Assembly (NCBI GenBank): GCA_039714075.1
Contig: JBDLKA010000005.1
Coordinates: forward strand, 24,788-88,787
Direction of reading: 5' to 3'
DNA from: Candidatus Krumholzibacteriota bacterium
Lineage (GTDB): Bacteria > Krumholzibacteriota > Krumholzibacteriia > LZORAL124-64-63
DNA length: 64,000 bases
The position numbers were made by a program, and so were the translations under genes. This document shows, piece by piece, positions 20,214 to 32,142 of the stretch (positions are counted from its first letter, which is position 1; each line of letters opens with the position of its first letter). Under the pieces are notes generated by a model. That model did not search any database and was not told where the DNA came from. It was given only the letters and a program-made list of their open reading frames with translations.

Positions 20214-21016
20214 CGGACGACCTCCAGACCGCCATGGCTCAAATACCAGACCAGGGCCGCTGTCCAGATCCCCAGCAGCGCCAGCTGCGGAAAGGGCACC
20301 CCGCCGGAAATCCGGGTGTCGGGCCGGCGGTGGCGCAGGGACAGGGTCAGGGCTTCGGCCCTGCGGGCCAGGTTCTCCAGCAGGGGAACCACCACCCGCG
20401 CGCGGGCCACGGATCTGCCGGCCCATCGTGTCAACCGGGACCGGACCGACAGGTTCCGACCGCCACCGGCGACGGAACGGCGCATGGTGACCACGGCTTC
20501 GATCCGGCGTCCCTCACCCAGCACGACCGGAGCGGTGCCCATGGCCACGGCCAGCATCAACCCCAGGTCGTCGGTGGGCAGGCCTGCCCGGCGGGCCGGA
20601 CGCAGCCACCAGCCCACACCCAGAACCAGATCATCCAGCGGGGTCACGCGCAGATAAAGACCCAGACAGCCGACCGAACAGGCGACGCGCAGCAAAGCTT
20701 TGCCGGCGGCCAGCGCGCCGGCGGTCGAGGGGTGCCCCAAAGGTGCGGCCCACGTCGTGGTGAAGGTGTGCACGATGATCACCAACACGGCCACCGGAGC
20801 CCATGGTCTGAGGGCGGCCAGCTGCCCCCGCGGTCCCATTCCCGTCCAGGCAAGGGCCACCGTGAGGACCAGGGCCATGACCGCCAGGCCTGCCGGCGCG
20901 GCCGCCATGCAGGTCACCAGGGCCAGGACCGCCCCCGACAACCGGACGGCGGGATGGAGTCCGCTCAGCGGCGTGGTTTTCAATCCCGAGGGGGCGAATG
21001 AGGCTCCGTTGATCAC
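20210..21016 (-). CDS. Energy-coupling factor transporter transmembrane component T (EcfT/CbiQ-like)
   Basis: LHPAVRL N-terminus, several TM helices, C-terminal VVPLL...RRAEALTLSLRHR coupling-helix-like motif. Confidence 0.7.
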   Translation of the reverse strand: MINGASFAPSGLKTTPLSGLHPAVRLSGAVLALVTCMAAAPAGLAVMALVLTVALAWTGMGPRGQLAALRPWAPVAVLVIIVHTFTTTWAAPLGHPSTAGALAAGKALLRVACSVGCLGLYLRVTPLDDLVLGVGWWLRPARRAGLPTDDLGLMLAVAMGTAPVVLGEGRRIEAVVTMRRSVAGGGRNLSVRSRLTRWAGRSVARARVVVPLLENLARRAEALTLSLRHRRPDTRISGGVPFPQLALLGIWTAALVWYLSHGGLEVVR

Positions 21017-22014
21017 AGCGCGGAATCTCCGGCCAAAAGACCGGCGATCTGGACGGCGTTCCAGGCGGCGCCCTTGAGCAGGTTGTCGGCGACCACCCAC
21101 AGCAGAAGGGCGTGGGGATTGTCCGGATCCTTGCGCAGACGGCCGACATGGACCGTGGTTGAACCGGCGATTTCCAGCGGGGTAAGAAAACCGTGGGGAT
21201 CGGGATCCACCTCGACGCCGGGCCATTCGGCCAGGGCGGCGGCCGCCGCCTTCAGGTCCACCGGCTTGTCACACACGAGCCGCACCGCGGCGCTGTGACC
21301 GGTTTCCACGGGAACCCGGGTGGCGGTGCAGCTCACCGCCAGGTCGGCCGAACGGTCCAGGATCTTGCGCAATTCCCGGACGACCTTGGCTTCCTCTTCG
21401 AAGGACCCGTCGTCCAGCGCGGGGCCGATGGCGGGGATGGCGTTGCGGAAAACAGGACGACCGAATGGGCCGTCCGTGTTCGCCGCGTGGCCCTGCTCCT
21501 GGTTTTCCATTTCGGCAACGGCGGCCTGCCCGGCGCCGGAAACCGCCTGCAGGGTGGTGATGTGGGCTTCGGTGACGCCGAAAACACGATCCAGGGGAGC
21601 CACGGCCATGGCTATCTGGATGGTGGAGCAATTGGGATTGGCGATGATGCCGCCGCTGCCAGCGGAACCCACAACCAGCTGACCGTTGATTTCAGGGACC
21701 ACCAAAGGGACACCAGCGGTCATTCTGAAGGCGGAGGAATTGTCCACGACCCAGGCCCCCGCCGCGGCGGCCACCGGACCCCAGGTCCTGCTGGCCTGAC
21801 CACCGGCGCTGAACAGCGCGACGTCCACACCCTCGAATCCGTCAGTCGTTACTTCCCGGCATTCCAGGGAGCGGCCGGCAAATTCCAAACTCGTTCCCGC
21901 GCCCCGGGAAGAAGACAGCAATACGGGATCACCCGTGACCCATGGGCGGTCCTCGATCAGCTTCAGCATCGTTCGGCCCACAAGACCGGTGGCGCCCAGA
22001 ACCGCGACTTTCAT
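21013..22014 (-). CDS. asd: Aspartate-semialdehyde dehydrogenase
   Basis: VAVLGATGLVG, VVDNSSAFRM, PLVVPEIN, IANPNCSTIQ, ADNLLKGAAWNAVQIA. Confidence 0.95.
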   Translation of the reverse strand: MKVAVLGATGLVGRTMLKLIEDRPWVTGDPVLLSSSRGAGTSLEFAGRSLECREVTTDGFEGVDVALFSAGGQASRTWGPVAAAAGAWVVDNSSAFRMTAGVPLVVPEINGQLVVGSAGSGGIIANPNCSTIQIAMAVAPLDRVFGVTEAHITTLQAVSGAGQAAVAEMENQEQGHAANTDGPFGRPVFRNAIPAIGPALDDGSFEEEAKVVRELRKILDRSADLAVSCTATRVPVETGHSAAVRLVCDKPVDLKAAAAALAEWPGVEVDPDPHGFLTPLEIAGSTTVHVGRLRKDPDNPHALLLWVVADNLLKGAAWNAVQIAGLLAGDSAL

Positions 22015-22166
22015 GGAATCTCTTCTTCCTGATTGGATAACCGTATTTGCGGGTCATGGTAACACCCCCGTTACGGGGGGTCAAAAGCGGTGATTGGCCC
22101 ATCGGCAAAGCAATGTTAATCTCATCCACGTGAATCATTCTGGAACATCAGAAACGGGGACGTGAA

Positions 22167-24389
22167 ATGAGCCGAAAATTCAAAACATCAACGGGAGTCC
22201 ACCTGTTATTCCCCGTGGCCCTGGTATTCCTCGGCCTGGTCGTCATCCTGGCCGGCTGCCTCCCCGAACCCGACGATCGCCAGGACAAGCTGGCCGTCGT
22301 CGCCCGCTGGCAGGATCAGCGCCTGGCCCCCCTGGACTCGCTGGTCACCATGCTCACCGACGAGGATGCCCATGTCCGCCTGGCTTCCGTCAGGGCATCC
22401 GGCCTCATCGGGCGCGATGATGTCCTGCCCCAGATGGTCGCCGCGCTTGACGACCCCAGCGTCACCGTCCGCGCCGAGGCCGTCTGGAGTCTCGGCCTGC
22501 TGGGCAGTGACGATGCCCTTCCCGCCATGGAAAATGCGGCCAAGGACCCCCGGCCGGTCATCCGCCAGGCTGCCCTGGCCGCCCTGGCCCATGTCCCCAA
22601 CGACGGGCAGGCCCTGCTGGCGGCCGCCGTCCAGGGCGAGGCGGCCGAAGTCGCCCTGGCCTGGGATGGATTGCGCAACATGGCCGACCGTACGGACACC
22701 GAAAGCCTGGTGGCCGTCATCCGGGCGGCCCTGGCCCGGCCCGAAGCCGATGTCCGCTGGCGGGTCCTGCGGTGCGGGGAACTGGTCCCCGATCCGGCGC
22801 TGGCCGAACTGGCCGCACCCTTCGCCTCGGCCGACGAGACCCAGGTCCGGGTTCACGCCTACCGCTGCCTGGCGCGGCACGAGTCCCCGGTTTCTCTGAA
22901 CGCCGTTCTGGAAGGATTCGAGAGCCACGAGGGATTTCGCGACAGGGACAACGCGCGCGTGACGATTGCCGGCTGCCGGGCCCTCGGGCGTTTGGGCGGC
23001 CTGGCCCTGGCCCCTGAAGGCGCCGCCGATCCCGGAAAAATCGCCGCGGTCCTGATCACCGCCGCGGGCAGCGGCGACCCCCATGTCGCCGAGACGGCCC
23101 TGGCGGCCATGGCCCGAATGGTTGCCGCCGCTCCCCTGCCCCCGGAAGCCGCCGACCAGGAAAGCCTGCTGCCTGTGTGGCGTATTCGCATGGCCCGCTC
23201 CGCGCGCTCCCATCTGGACCGCCCCCATACCGGCGTCCGGGCCGCGGCATTGGCCGCCGCCGCCGCGGTGCGCGGAACCGGTTCCGCGGACGACCTGACC
23301 CGTTCCCTGGCGACCGATGAATCGCCCCTCGTTCTGGCGGCGGGCCTGCGCGCGGTCAGCCGCCATCATCCCGATCCCGCCGCGCTGCTGGTCCATTTCG
23401 CGGAGATCGATTTCCCCACCGACTTCGGGGAATTCGCGCGCCCGGTGCTGCACAATGCCAGGGTGCGCGAAGCGGCCTATGAAGGTCTGGCCCACCTGCT
23501 GAAGGAAAGACCGGAACTGGTGCCGGATTCCTCGTCCGGCGCCCGCCTGGAAAGCCATCTTTATGCGGGTTTGGACGACAAGGATTTCGTGGTTGCCGCC
23601 AGCACGGCGGACCTGGTCGGCGACTTCCCCTGCTGCGGGTCCCTGAGCGCCCTGATCAGACTCTGGGATCGTGCGGCCGGGCCCGACCGGTTCGAATTGA
23701 GAAGGGGTGTTTTGGCGGGCCTGACCAAGATGCTGGATACCGAAAAAGGCACCTGGCAGGGCCCCGACAGTTTGAGAACGCAGGCGGCGGCGCTGCTGCG
23801 GCGGTCGTTCGATTCCACCGATATCCGCCTCCGCCTGGAAGGCCGCCTGGCGGCCCTGGCGAGCGGCATCCTGCCTGACAATCTCATCCCCACCGAAGCC
23901 AGTCTCAAGGCCACCCTGCCCGCCGTGGCGAGGAACCCCGGCCAACCCCCGGTGGCCGTCCCGTTCGACGCGCCCCGGGTGAGATGCGTCACGCCCCGGG
24001 GTGAGTTCGTCATCGAACTGGATGGCCGGATCGCGCCCAACACCTGCGCCGTTTTCCTCGATCTGATCAAAAAGGGATACTACGACGACCTGACCTTCCA
24101 CCGGGTCGTTCCCGATTTCGTGGCCCAGGGCGGGGATCCCCGCGGCGACGGGTGGGGCGGTCCGGGCTACACGATCCGCAGCGAGTGGAGCCGCGCCCGT
24201 TACGAAAGAGCCGCCGTGGGTATCGCCCACGACGGCAAGGACACCGGCGGCAGCCAGTTTTTCGTCACCCTGTCCGAACAGCCGCACCTGAACGGCCGCT
24301 ACACCATTTTCGGCGCGGTGACCAAGGGCATGGAAGTCGTCGACGCGCTCGAGGTGGACGACCACTTCCGCTTCGAGATCCTGCCCTGA
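22167..24389 (+). CDS. HEAT-repeat lipoprotein with C-terminal cyclophilin-type peptidyl-prolyl isomerase
   Basis: Lipobox LAGC; Ala/Leu-rich HEAT-like repeats; FHRVVPDFVAQGGDP, GSQFFVT, PHLNGRYTIFG. Confidence 0.88.
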   Translation: MSRKFKTSTGVHLLFPVALVFLGLVVILAGCLPEPDDRQDKLAVVARWQDQRLAPLDSLVTMLTDEDAHVRLASVRASGLIGRDDVLPQMVAALDDPSVTVRAEAVWSLGLLGSDDALPAMENAAKDPRPVIRQAALAALAHVPNDGQALLAAAVQGEAAEVALAWDGLRNMADRTDTESLVAVIRAALARPEADVRWRVLRCGELVPDPALAELAAPFASADETQVRVHAYRCLARHESPVSLNAVLEGFESHEGFRDRDNARVTIAGCRALGRLGGLALAPEGAADPGKIAAVLITAAGSGDPHVAETALAAMARMVAAAPLPPEAADQESLLPVWRIRMARSARSHLDRPHTGVRAAALAAAAAVRGTGSADDLTRSLATDESPLVLAAGLRAVSRHHPDPAALLVHFAEIDFPTDFGEFARPVLHNARVREAAYEGLAHLLKERPELVPDSSSGARLESHLYAGLDDKDFVVAASTADLVGDFPCCGSLSALIRLWDRAAGPDRFELRRGVLAGLTKMLDTEKGTWQGPDSLRTQAAALLRRSFDSTDIRLRLEGRLAALASGILPDNLIPTEASLKATLPAVARNPGQPPVAVPFDAPRVRCVTPRGEFVIELDGRIAPNTCAVFLDLIKKGYYDDLTFHRVVPDFVAQGGDPRGDGWGGPGYTIRSEWSRARYERAAVGIAHDGKDTGGSQFFVTLSEQPHLNGRYTIFGAVTKGMEVVDALEVDDHFRFEILP

Positions 24390-25646
24390 TCAGCTCCGCA
24401 GGACCTTGATCAGCGTCGCCCAGGTGGGTGACGCCCCGTACATCAGGATACCCATGCGGAACAGCTTGCCCGCCATGCGGGCGGCCAGCCAGATCGAACC
24501 CGCCATCAGGACCCAGGACAGGCCTATCTGCCACAGCGGCGGGGTTTCCACGCACACCCGCATGAACATGAGCACCGGCGAAAAAAGCGGGACCAGGCTG
24601 AGCACGACCGACACCGTCGAATCGGGAGACCGCAGCACCATGCTGAGCATCACCATGGGCAGAACCAGCCCCATCAGCAGCGGCGTATGGAACTGCTGGC
24701 TGTCCTGGACGGTGTTGCACATGGCGCCGATGCCCGCGTACAAGGTGGCGTAAAGAAAAAACCCGAGCAGGAAAAAGGCGATGAAGTTGACCAGGATCAC
24801 CGGCGTCAGGAAGGCCGTGTCGAGACTGATGTCGCCGACCGACACGCCTTGCTGGCTGAGGATCAGCAACGTGCCCGACCAGATGGCGAACTGGGTCAGC
24901 CCGGCCAGGCCGATGCCCATGACCTTGCCCAGCATCAGGTCCCCCGGCGAAATGCTGGCCAGCAGGACCTCCACCATGCGGCTGCTCTTTTCCTCGATCA
25001 CGGCGGTCAGGGTGTGGCTGCCGTACATGATCACCATCATGTAGATGATCATGATCAGGACGATGGCCATGATGAAGCTCACGTCCTCGTCCTGCTCCTG
25101 CTCCCCGCCTTCGGCGGTCAGGGCGATGTTCGACCAGACCGTCCGCGCGGCCAGATAGGAGAACAGGGTGTCCGGCACCTGGGCCGCGGCGAACCGGTGC
25201 TCGCGCAGGACCCGGTTCAGGGCCGGGCGCAGGACCTCGTCCCGCATGACCAGGGCGCTGACGGATTTGTTGTAGAAGGTGGCCATCCCGGAATCGAGAA
25301 AGTCCGGCGAGACCACGATCCCGCTGTGGATCGACGCGTCCAGGATGGACTCCTTCATGAGGGCCAGGGCCTCGTCGGTCGAGCCGGCGGGCGATTCGAT
25401 CAGTTGCAGATTCACGTTGTCGTCGCCGCGGTCGGCCAGCACCTCGGTCAGCTGATCGAAGTACAGGCCCGAAGGATCGATCACGCCGACGGTGCGGGTG
25501 TCCTCGACACCCTTCTCCGCCAGCAGGACCGGCATCACGATGAACATCGACATCAGGGCCGGTCCGATCAGGGTGCCGATGAGGAAACTCTTGGAGCGAA
25601 CCCTTTCCAGGTATTCCTTGCGGATGACTGTCAGGATCTTCTTCAC
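24390..25646 (-). CDS. ABC-2 type transporter permease (NatB/YhaP-like)
   Basis: KEYLERVR N-terminus, large periplasmic loop, VIEEKSSRMVEVLLAS, GKVMG, six TM segments. Confidence 0.88.
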   Translation of the reverse strand: MKKILTVIRKEYLERVRSKSFLIGTLIGPALMSMFIVMPVLLAEKGVEDTRTVGVIDPSGLYFDQLTEVLADRGDDNVNLQLIESPAGSTDEALALMKESILDASIHSGIVVSPDFLDSGMATFYNKSVSALVMRDEVLRPALNRVLREHRFAAAQVPDTLFSYLAARTVWSNIALTAEGGEQEQDEDVSFIMAIVLIMIIYMMVIMYGSHTLTAVIEEKSSRMVEVLLASISPGDLMLGKVMGIGLAGLTQFAIWSGTLLILSQQGVSVGDISLDTAFLTPVILVNFIAFFLLGFFLYATLYAGIGAMCNTVQDSQQFHTPLLMGLVLPMVMLSMVLRSPDSTVSVVLSLVPLFSPVLMFMRVCVETPPLWQIGLSWVLMAGSIWLAARMAGKLFRMGILMYGASPTWATLIKVLRS

Positions 25647-26593
25647 GACGGCACCCCCCTGCGGTGGCGGGCCACGGCTTCGAGAAAGATCTCGCTCAGG
25701 GAAGGCCGGTTCGCCGAAAACAGGGTCAACGGCCCGAACACCATCAGGTCCGGCAAAAGTTCACGCGGGTTGACCCCCTCGGCGAGTGTCAACCGCCAGC
25801 TGCTGTCGGATTTTTCCCGGTGCAGGACACCGGGCAGGTCGGCCGGCGGCTCGGGATTTCCCTCCCAGGCCACCCGCACCGACTGGAGGGGAAAATCGGC
25901 CCGCACCTTCTCGAGCGGCCCGTCGAGAATGATCTCCCCCCCTTCGATCAGACAGATGGCGTCGCAGATCTTCTCGGCCTCGGCCAACATGTGGGTCGAA
26001 AAAATGATGGTGGTGCCCTTGGCTTTTTCCTCCAGGATCATGTCCCGCAGCAACTCGATGTTCAGGGGATCCAGCCCGCTGAAAACCTCGTCGAGTATGA
26101 CCATTTCCGGTTCCGAAATGAAGGTGGCCGCGAACTGGATTTTCTGCTGCATGCCCTTGCTGAGCGAATCGACTTTGCGGTCCCGCCATTCGGCCAGCCC
26201 CAGGCGGGTCAGCCACCGGTCGGACCTCTGTTTCGCCTCGGCACGGGGAACCCCCTTCAACTCCGCCAGGTAGGTCAGCTGGTCCAGGCATTTCATTTTC
26301 CGGTAGAGACCCCTTTCTTCCGGCAGATAGCCGATGCTGTCCCTGGTGGCCCCGGTCAGGGGACGGCCGGCCAGGCGAATGCTGCCGCCGTCGGCCATGA
26401 TGATTTTCATGATGATGCGGATGGTGGTCGTCTTGCCCGCTCCGTTGGGTCCCAGGAAGCCGTAGATGCTGCCCCGGGGAATCTCCAGGTTCACGTCCCT
26501 GGCGGCCCGGACGCTCCCGTAGGATTTGGAAACGGATTCAAGGGTGAGGATCGTTTCCCCCACCGGCGGAAGATCAAGGGTCGGTCGCGTCAT
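25643..26593 (-). CDS. ABC transporter ATP-binding protein
   Basis: GPNGAGKTT Walker A, LSKGMQQK signature, ILDEVFSGLDP Walker B, STH; start placed at ATG 26593. Confidence 0.92.
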   Translation of the reverse strand: MTRPTLDLPPVGETILTLESVSKSYGSVRAARDVNLEIPRGSIYGFLGPNGAGKTTTIRIIMKIIMADGGSIRLAGRPLTGATRDSIGYLPEERGLYRKMKCLDQLTYLAELKGVPRAEAKQRSDRWLTRLGLAEWRDRKVDSLSKGMQQKIQFAATFISEPEMVILDEVFSGLDPLNIELLRDMILEEKAKGTTIIFSTHMLAEAEKICDAICLIEGGEIILDGPLEKVRADFPLQSVRVAWEGNPEPPADLPGVLHREKSDSSWRLTLAEGVNPRELLPDLMVFGPLTLFSANRPSLSEIFLEAVARHRRGVPS

Positions 26594-26737
26594 GCGCTCT
26601 CCTGTCTGGTAACCGAATTTTTCGCTCCTTGAATTATCACCCTGCGGACGGATGCTGGCAACCGCCGATGGCAGGGAAAATCCCCTCCGGCCCGACTCTC
26701 CGCAGTCTGGTCCTGATGAAATTCTGGACTCCAATTA

Positions 26738-26754
26738 ATCACATAAGTATCACA
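26738..26754. promoter_or_regulatory. 11-bp-period direct repeat ATCACA-N5-ATCACA
   Basis: Exact hexamer repeat one helical turn apart in the AT-rich divergent intergenic region next to an OmpR-family gene. Confidence 0.35.
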
Positions 26755-26906
26755 AATTTATGGCGATTTCGGGACAATTCTCCCCCGGGGACAGGGGCCT
26801 GAACTGAAACCAGTTATTCAACAAAAGGGTTTACCTCTCCTTGCCAACGCTGTATCATTCTATTATATGATTAGTTACCTGCCCATTGGAGGGATGAAAT
26901 AATCTA

Positions 26907-27659
26907 ATGCAAGGACCGGGAAATATGGGCCCCACCACGGGAGCCATTCGGAGAATCCTCGTCATCGAAGACGAGCGTGAACTCATCGATCTGCTGACAC
27001 TCCATCTGACGGCAGAGGGCTACAAGGTGGATGCCGCGGCCGACGGCGAGGCCGGCCTGCGCGCCTTTCAGGCCGGGCAATACGGAATGGTCCTGCTGGA
27101 CTGGATGCTGCCCTCCATGAGCGGCATCGACGTTCTGCGCGAGATCCGCTCCATGGACACCCGCACCCCCGTGGTGATGCTCACCGGGCGGGTCCAGGAA
27201 TCCGACAAGGTCCTCGGTCTGGAACTCGGCTGCGACGACTACCTGGCCAAGCCCTTCAGCATCCGGGAACTGACCGCCCGGATCAAGGCCCTGTACCGGC
27301 GCATCGAAAGGGCCGAGGAACTGGGCCGGATCACCTCCGGCGACCGCATCCTTGATCTGGGCCCCCTGAAAATCGATCACGGGAAACGCAGGGTTCAGGT
27401 CAACGGGGAACCGGTGCAGCTGACCGTCAAGGAATACGACCTTTTGCACACCCTGGCGGCGCGGCCGGGACACACGTTCAGCCGCCGCCAATTGCTGGAT
27501 CTTGTCTGGGAAGAGGAAACCGAGGTTTTCGAACACACGGTCAACAGCCACGTGAACCGCCTGCGCAGCAAGATCGAGGACAATCCCAACCGGCCGCGCC
27601 TGATCCTCACCGTCTGGGGCATCGGCTACCGTTTCACCGAGGAATTCTCGAGAATCTGA
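26907..27659 (+). CDS. OmpR/PhoB-family response regulator (no adjacent kinase)
   Basis: ILVIEDE, LLDWMLP (phospho-Asp), GCDDYLAKPF, winged helix VNSHVNRLRSKIE...TVWGIGYRF. Confidence 0.93.
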   Translation: MQGPGNMGPTTGAIRRILVIEDERELIDLLTLHLTAEGYKVDAAADGEAGLRAFQAGQYGMVLLDWMLPSMSGIDVLREIRSMDTRTPVVMLTGRVQESDKVLGLELGCDDYLAKPFSIRELTARIKALYRRIERAEELGRITSGDRILDLGPLKIDHGKRRVQVNGEPVQLTVKEYDLLHTLAARPGHTFSRRQLLDLVWEEETEVFEHTVNSHVNRLRSKIEDNPNRPRLILTVWGIGYRFTEEFSRI

Positions 27660-27675
27660 CCCACGTGCGCCGGGA

Positions 27676-29448
27676 TCAGGTCCGGCGCAGTTCCCGGGCC
27701 ACCACCACACCCCCGACCACCGCCAGGACAAACAGGGGCGCCGCCGCGGACGGCTCTCCCAGGACCAGTTTGCCCAGGCCGAACAGGAAACCGTAGACAC
27801 CGGCGCTGCCGGCGGCCCACACGCCGAGGCGCGACCAGCGAAAGCCGTCGCACCGGACTTCTGGATTCGCCCGGGCCACCGGGCCCCACCATCCGCCCGG
27901 ACGGACCTGGCGATAGAAGGAAGCCAGCCGGTCCTCGTCCACCGGCCGGGTCAGGAAGGTCGTCACCAGCCAGACGGCGATGGAAACCGGCACGAGGATC
28001 AACGCCTTGTGGTGGGTCTGCAGGGCCATCTCGCCCAACCTGACGGGCGTGGCGAACAGGGCGTATTCGCGGCCGGTCTGGACCGCGGCGACCACTTCGA
28101 AACCCACGGCGAGAAAAACCGATGTGGCCAGGGCGGCAATTTCGCTCCAGGCGCTGATACGCCACCAGAACCAGCGTAGAACCAGCACCGGCCCGATACC
28201 CGCCCCCATGGCCCAGACGAACAGCCAGGCGCGGCCGATGCTGGTCAACCAGAAGGCCACCAGCACGGCAAAGACCATCATCAGGAACACGCACAGTTTG
28301 GCCGCCAGGACCGATTCCTTTTCCGAGGCGTCCGGCCGCACGAACCGCCGGTAGATGTCGTTGACCAGGTAGCTGGCCCCCCAGTTCAAATGGGTGTCGA
28401 TGGTCGACATGAACGCCGCGAAAAACGACACCAGCAGCAGGCCCAGCAGGCCCGGGCCCAGGACCTCGAGCATCACCAGCGGGTAGGCCGCCTCTTCGCC
28501 ATGGCCCTCCGGCATGACCGGGAACAGGACCAGGGAAACCAGGCCGGTCACGATCCAGGGCCAGTAGCGGACCGCGTTGTTGGCCACCACGAACCACAGG
28601 GTTGCGCCCCGCGCGTGCCGTTCGTCCTTGGCGGCGGCCATGCGCTGGATCAGGTAGCCGCCGCCGTCGGCGTTGTGGCTGGCCCACCACATCAGGGTCA
28701 CGAAGACCAGGAACTTGAAGAAATCCGCTTCGAGGCCCATCCCCCCGCCGGGGATGAAGGCCAGGGTGTTGTCGCTGAACAGGGGGGATTCGGTGAGCCT
28801 GGCCTTCAACTGGGCCATGCCTCCCACATGGCGCGTCGCCATCACCGCCACCGAGATGGACCCCACCATGGCCAGCCCGAACTGGATGACATCGGTGACC
28901 ACGACGCCCCAGAATCCGGCCAGCAGGGCGTAGCTGAGGGCCAGCGCGCCCCCGCCGATGACCGCCACCATCGGGTCGATTCCCAGCACCGCCTCGGCCA
29001 CCGTGCCCATGCCCTTCAGCACCCACCCGAGGACGATGAAGTTGTAGAGGAGGGCGAAATATCCCGCCTTGAACCCCCGCAGGAAGGCCGCCGGCCGGCC
29101 GGAGTATCTCTTTTCGATCAGTTCGTTGTCGGTCAGGACCTCGGCCCGCCGCCAGAACCGTGAGAACAGGAACACGGCCAGCATCTGGCTCATGACGTAG
29201 TGCCAGCCGAACCAGTTGTACCAGATGCCGTGATCGCGAATGAAACCCGTTACCGCCAGCGGCGTATCGGCGGCGAAAGTGGTGGCCACCATGCTCGTCC
29301 CCAGAACCCACCAGGGCAGGGAGCGTCCCGACAGGAAGTACTGTTCGGTGGACGAGGAGGCCCGCTTGCGGAAGGCCAGCCCCAGGGCCAGGGTCAGGGC
29401 CACGTAGACGGCGATGACGATCCAGTCGAGGGCGTGCAGGTGGGTCAT
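27676..29448 (-). CDS. Sodium:solute symporter (SSS) family protein
   Basis: LDWIVI, YFLSGRSLPWW, TSMVATTFAADTP, QRMAAAKDE, AAFMSTIDT; start placed at ATG 29448. Confidence 0.9.
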   Translation of the reverse strand: MTHLHALDWIVIAVYVALTLALGLAFRKRASSSTEQYFLSGRSLPWWVLGTSMVATTFAADTPLAVTGFIRDHGIWYNWFGWHYVMSQMLAVFLFSRFWRRAEVLTDNELIEKRYSGRPAAFLRGFKAGYFALLYNFIVLGWVLKGMGTVAEAVLGIDPMVAVIGGGALALSYALLAGFWGVVVTDVIQFGLAMVGSISVAVMATRHVGGMAQLKARLTESPLFSDNTLAFIPGGGMGLEADFFKFLVFVTLMWWASHNADGGGYLIQRMAAAKDERHARGATLWFVVANNAVRYWPWIVTGLVSLVLFPVMPEGHGEEAAYPLVMLEVLGPGLLGLLLVSFFAAFMSTIDTHLNWGASYLVNDIYRRFVRPDASEKESVLAAKLCVFLMMVFAVLVAFWLTSIGRAWLFVWAMGAGIGPVLVLRWFWWRISAWSEIAALATSVFLAVGFEVVAAVQTGREYALFATPVRLGEMALQTHHKALILVPVSIAVWLVTTFLTRPVDEDRLASFYRQVRPGGWWGPVARANPEVRCDGFRWSRLGVWAAGSAGVYGFLFGLGKLVLGEPSAAAPLFVLAVVGGVVVARELRRT

Positions 29449-29707
29449 GGAATGGTTCTTCCCGACTAAGATTTCCTTGGTTGCCGATACATCCTGTCCC
29501 CGGGAGCCTAGCATGACGCCCGATTCGTTGGGAAGTCCGGGTTCACCCACCTCTTTTCCCCGATTACGCCCGGTGAGAAGACCTTGACTATGCGCCCGGA
29601 CATTACAACGTTATCATTCCTGGAAATCACTTGTTCAACGCACCGGCACTGTGCCGCGAGCGGGCCTTTTCGGTCTTCAACCCATTCTTCAAAGACGAGG
29701 AATTGAC

Positions 29708-31936
<2,229 letters not shown>

Positions 31937-31956
31937 GGAATTGGTGAACATCCCTG

Positions 31957-31988
31957 GGGCGTCCCCCGTCGGGGGGCGCCCTTTTTTT
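31957..31988 (+). terminator. Intrinsic terminator of icd
   Basis: GGGCGTCCCCC/GGGGGGCGCCC stem followed by T7. Confidence 0.85.
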
Positions 31989-32012
31989 CCGCCGGCGGAT
32001 AAAGGTGGCGAT

Positions 32013-32065
32013 TTATAAAATTATTACATTATCTTTTCATCACCTTTACAGATTACAGCTAAATT
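32013..32065 (+). promoter_or_regulatory. Four-copy 11-bp direct-repeat array (Pho-box/OmpR-like) with a possible -10 element
   Basis: TTATA 32013, TTACA 32024, TTTCA 32035, TTACA 32046 (exact 11-bp period); TAAATT at 32060. Confidence 0.55.
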
Positions 32066-32142
32066 CCCCCTTGTTTCGAGTCTGTTGGATTCCGGGAGTA
32101 ATCCCGGAACCGTCAAATGCCATCAAAAAAGGAGTCGCCACC

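Noticed and set aside
26712-26740. CTGATGA hammerhead ribozyme core
   Set aside because: No GAAA after stem II and no flanking stems
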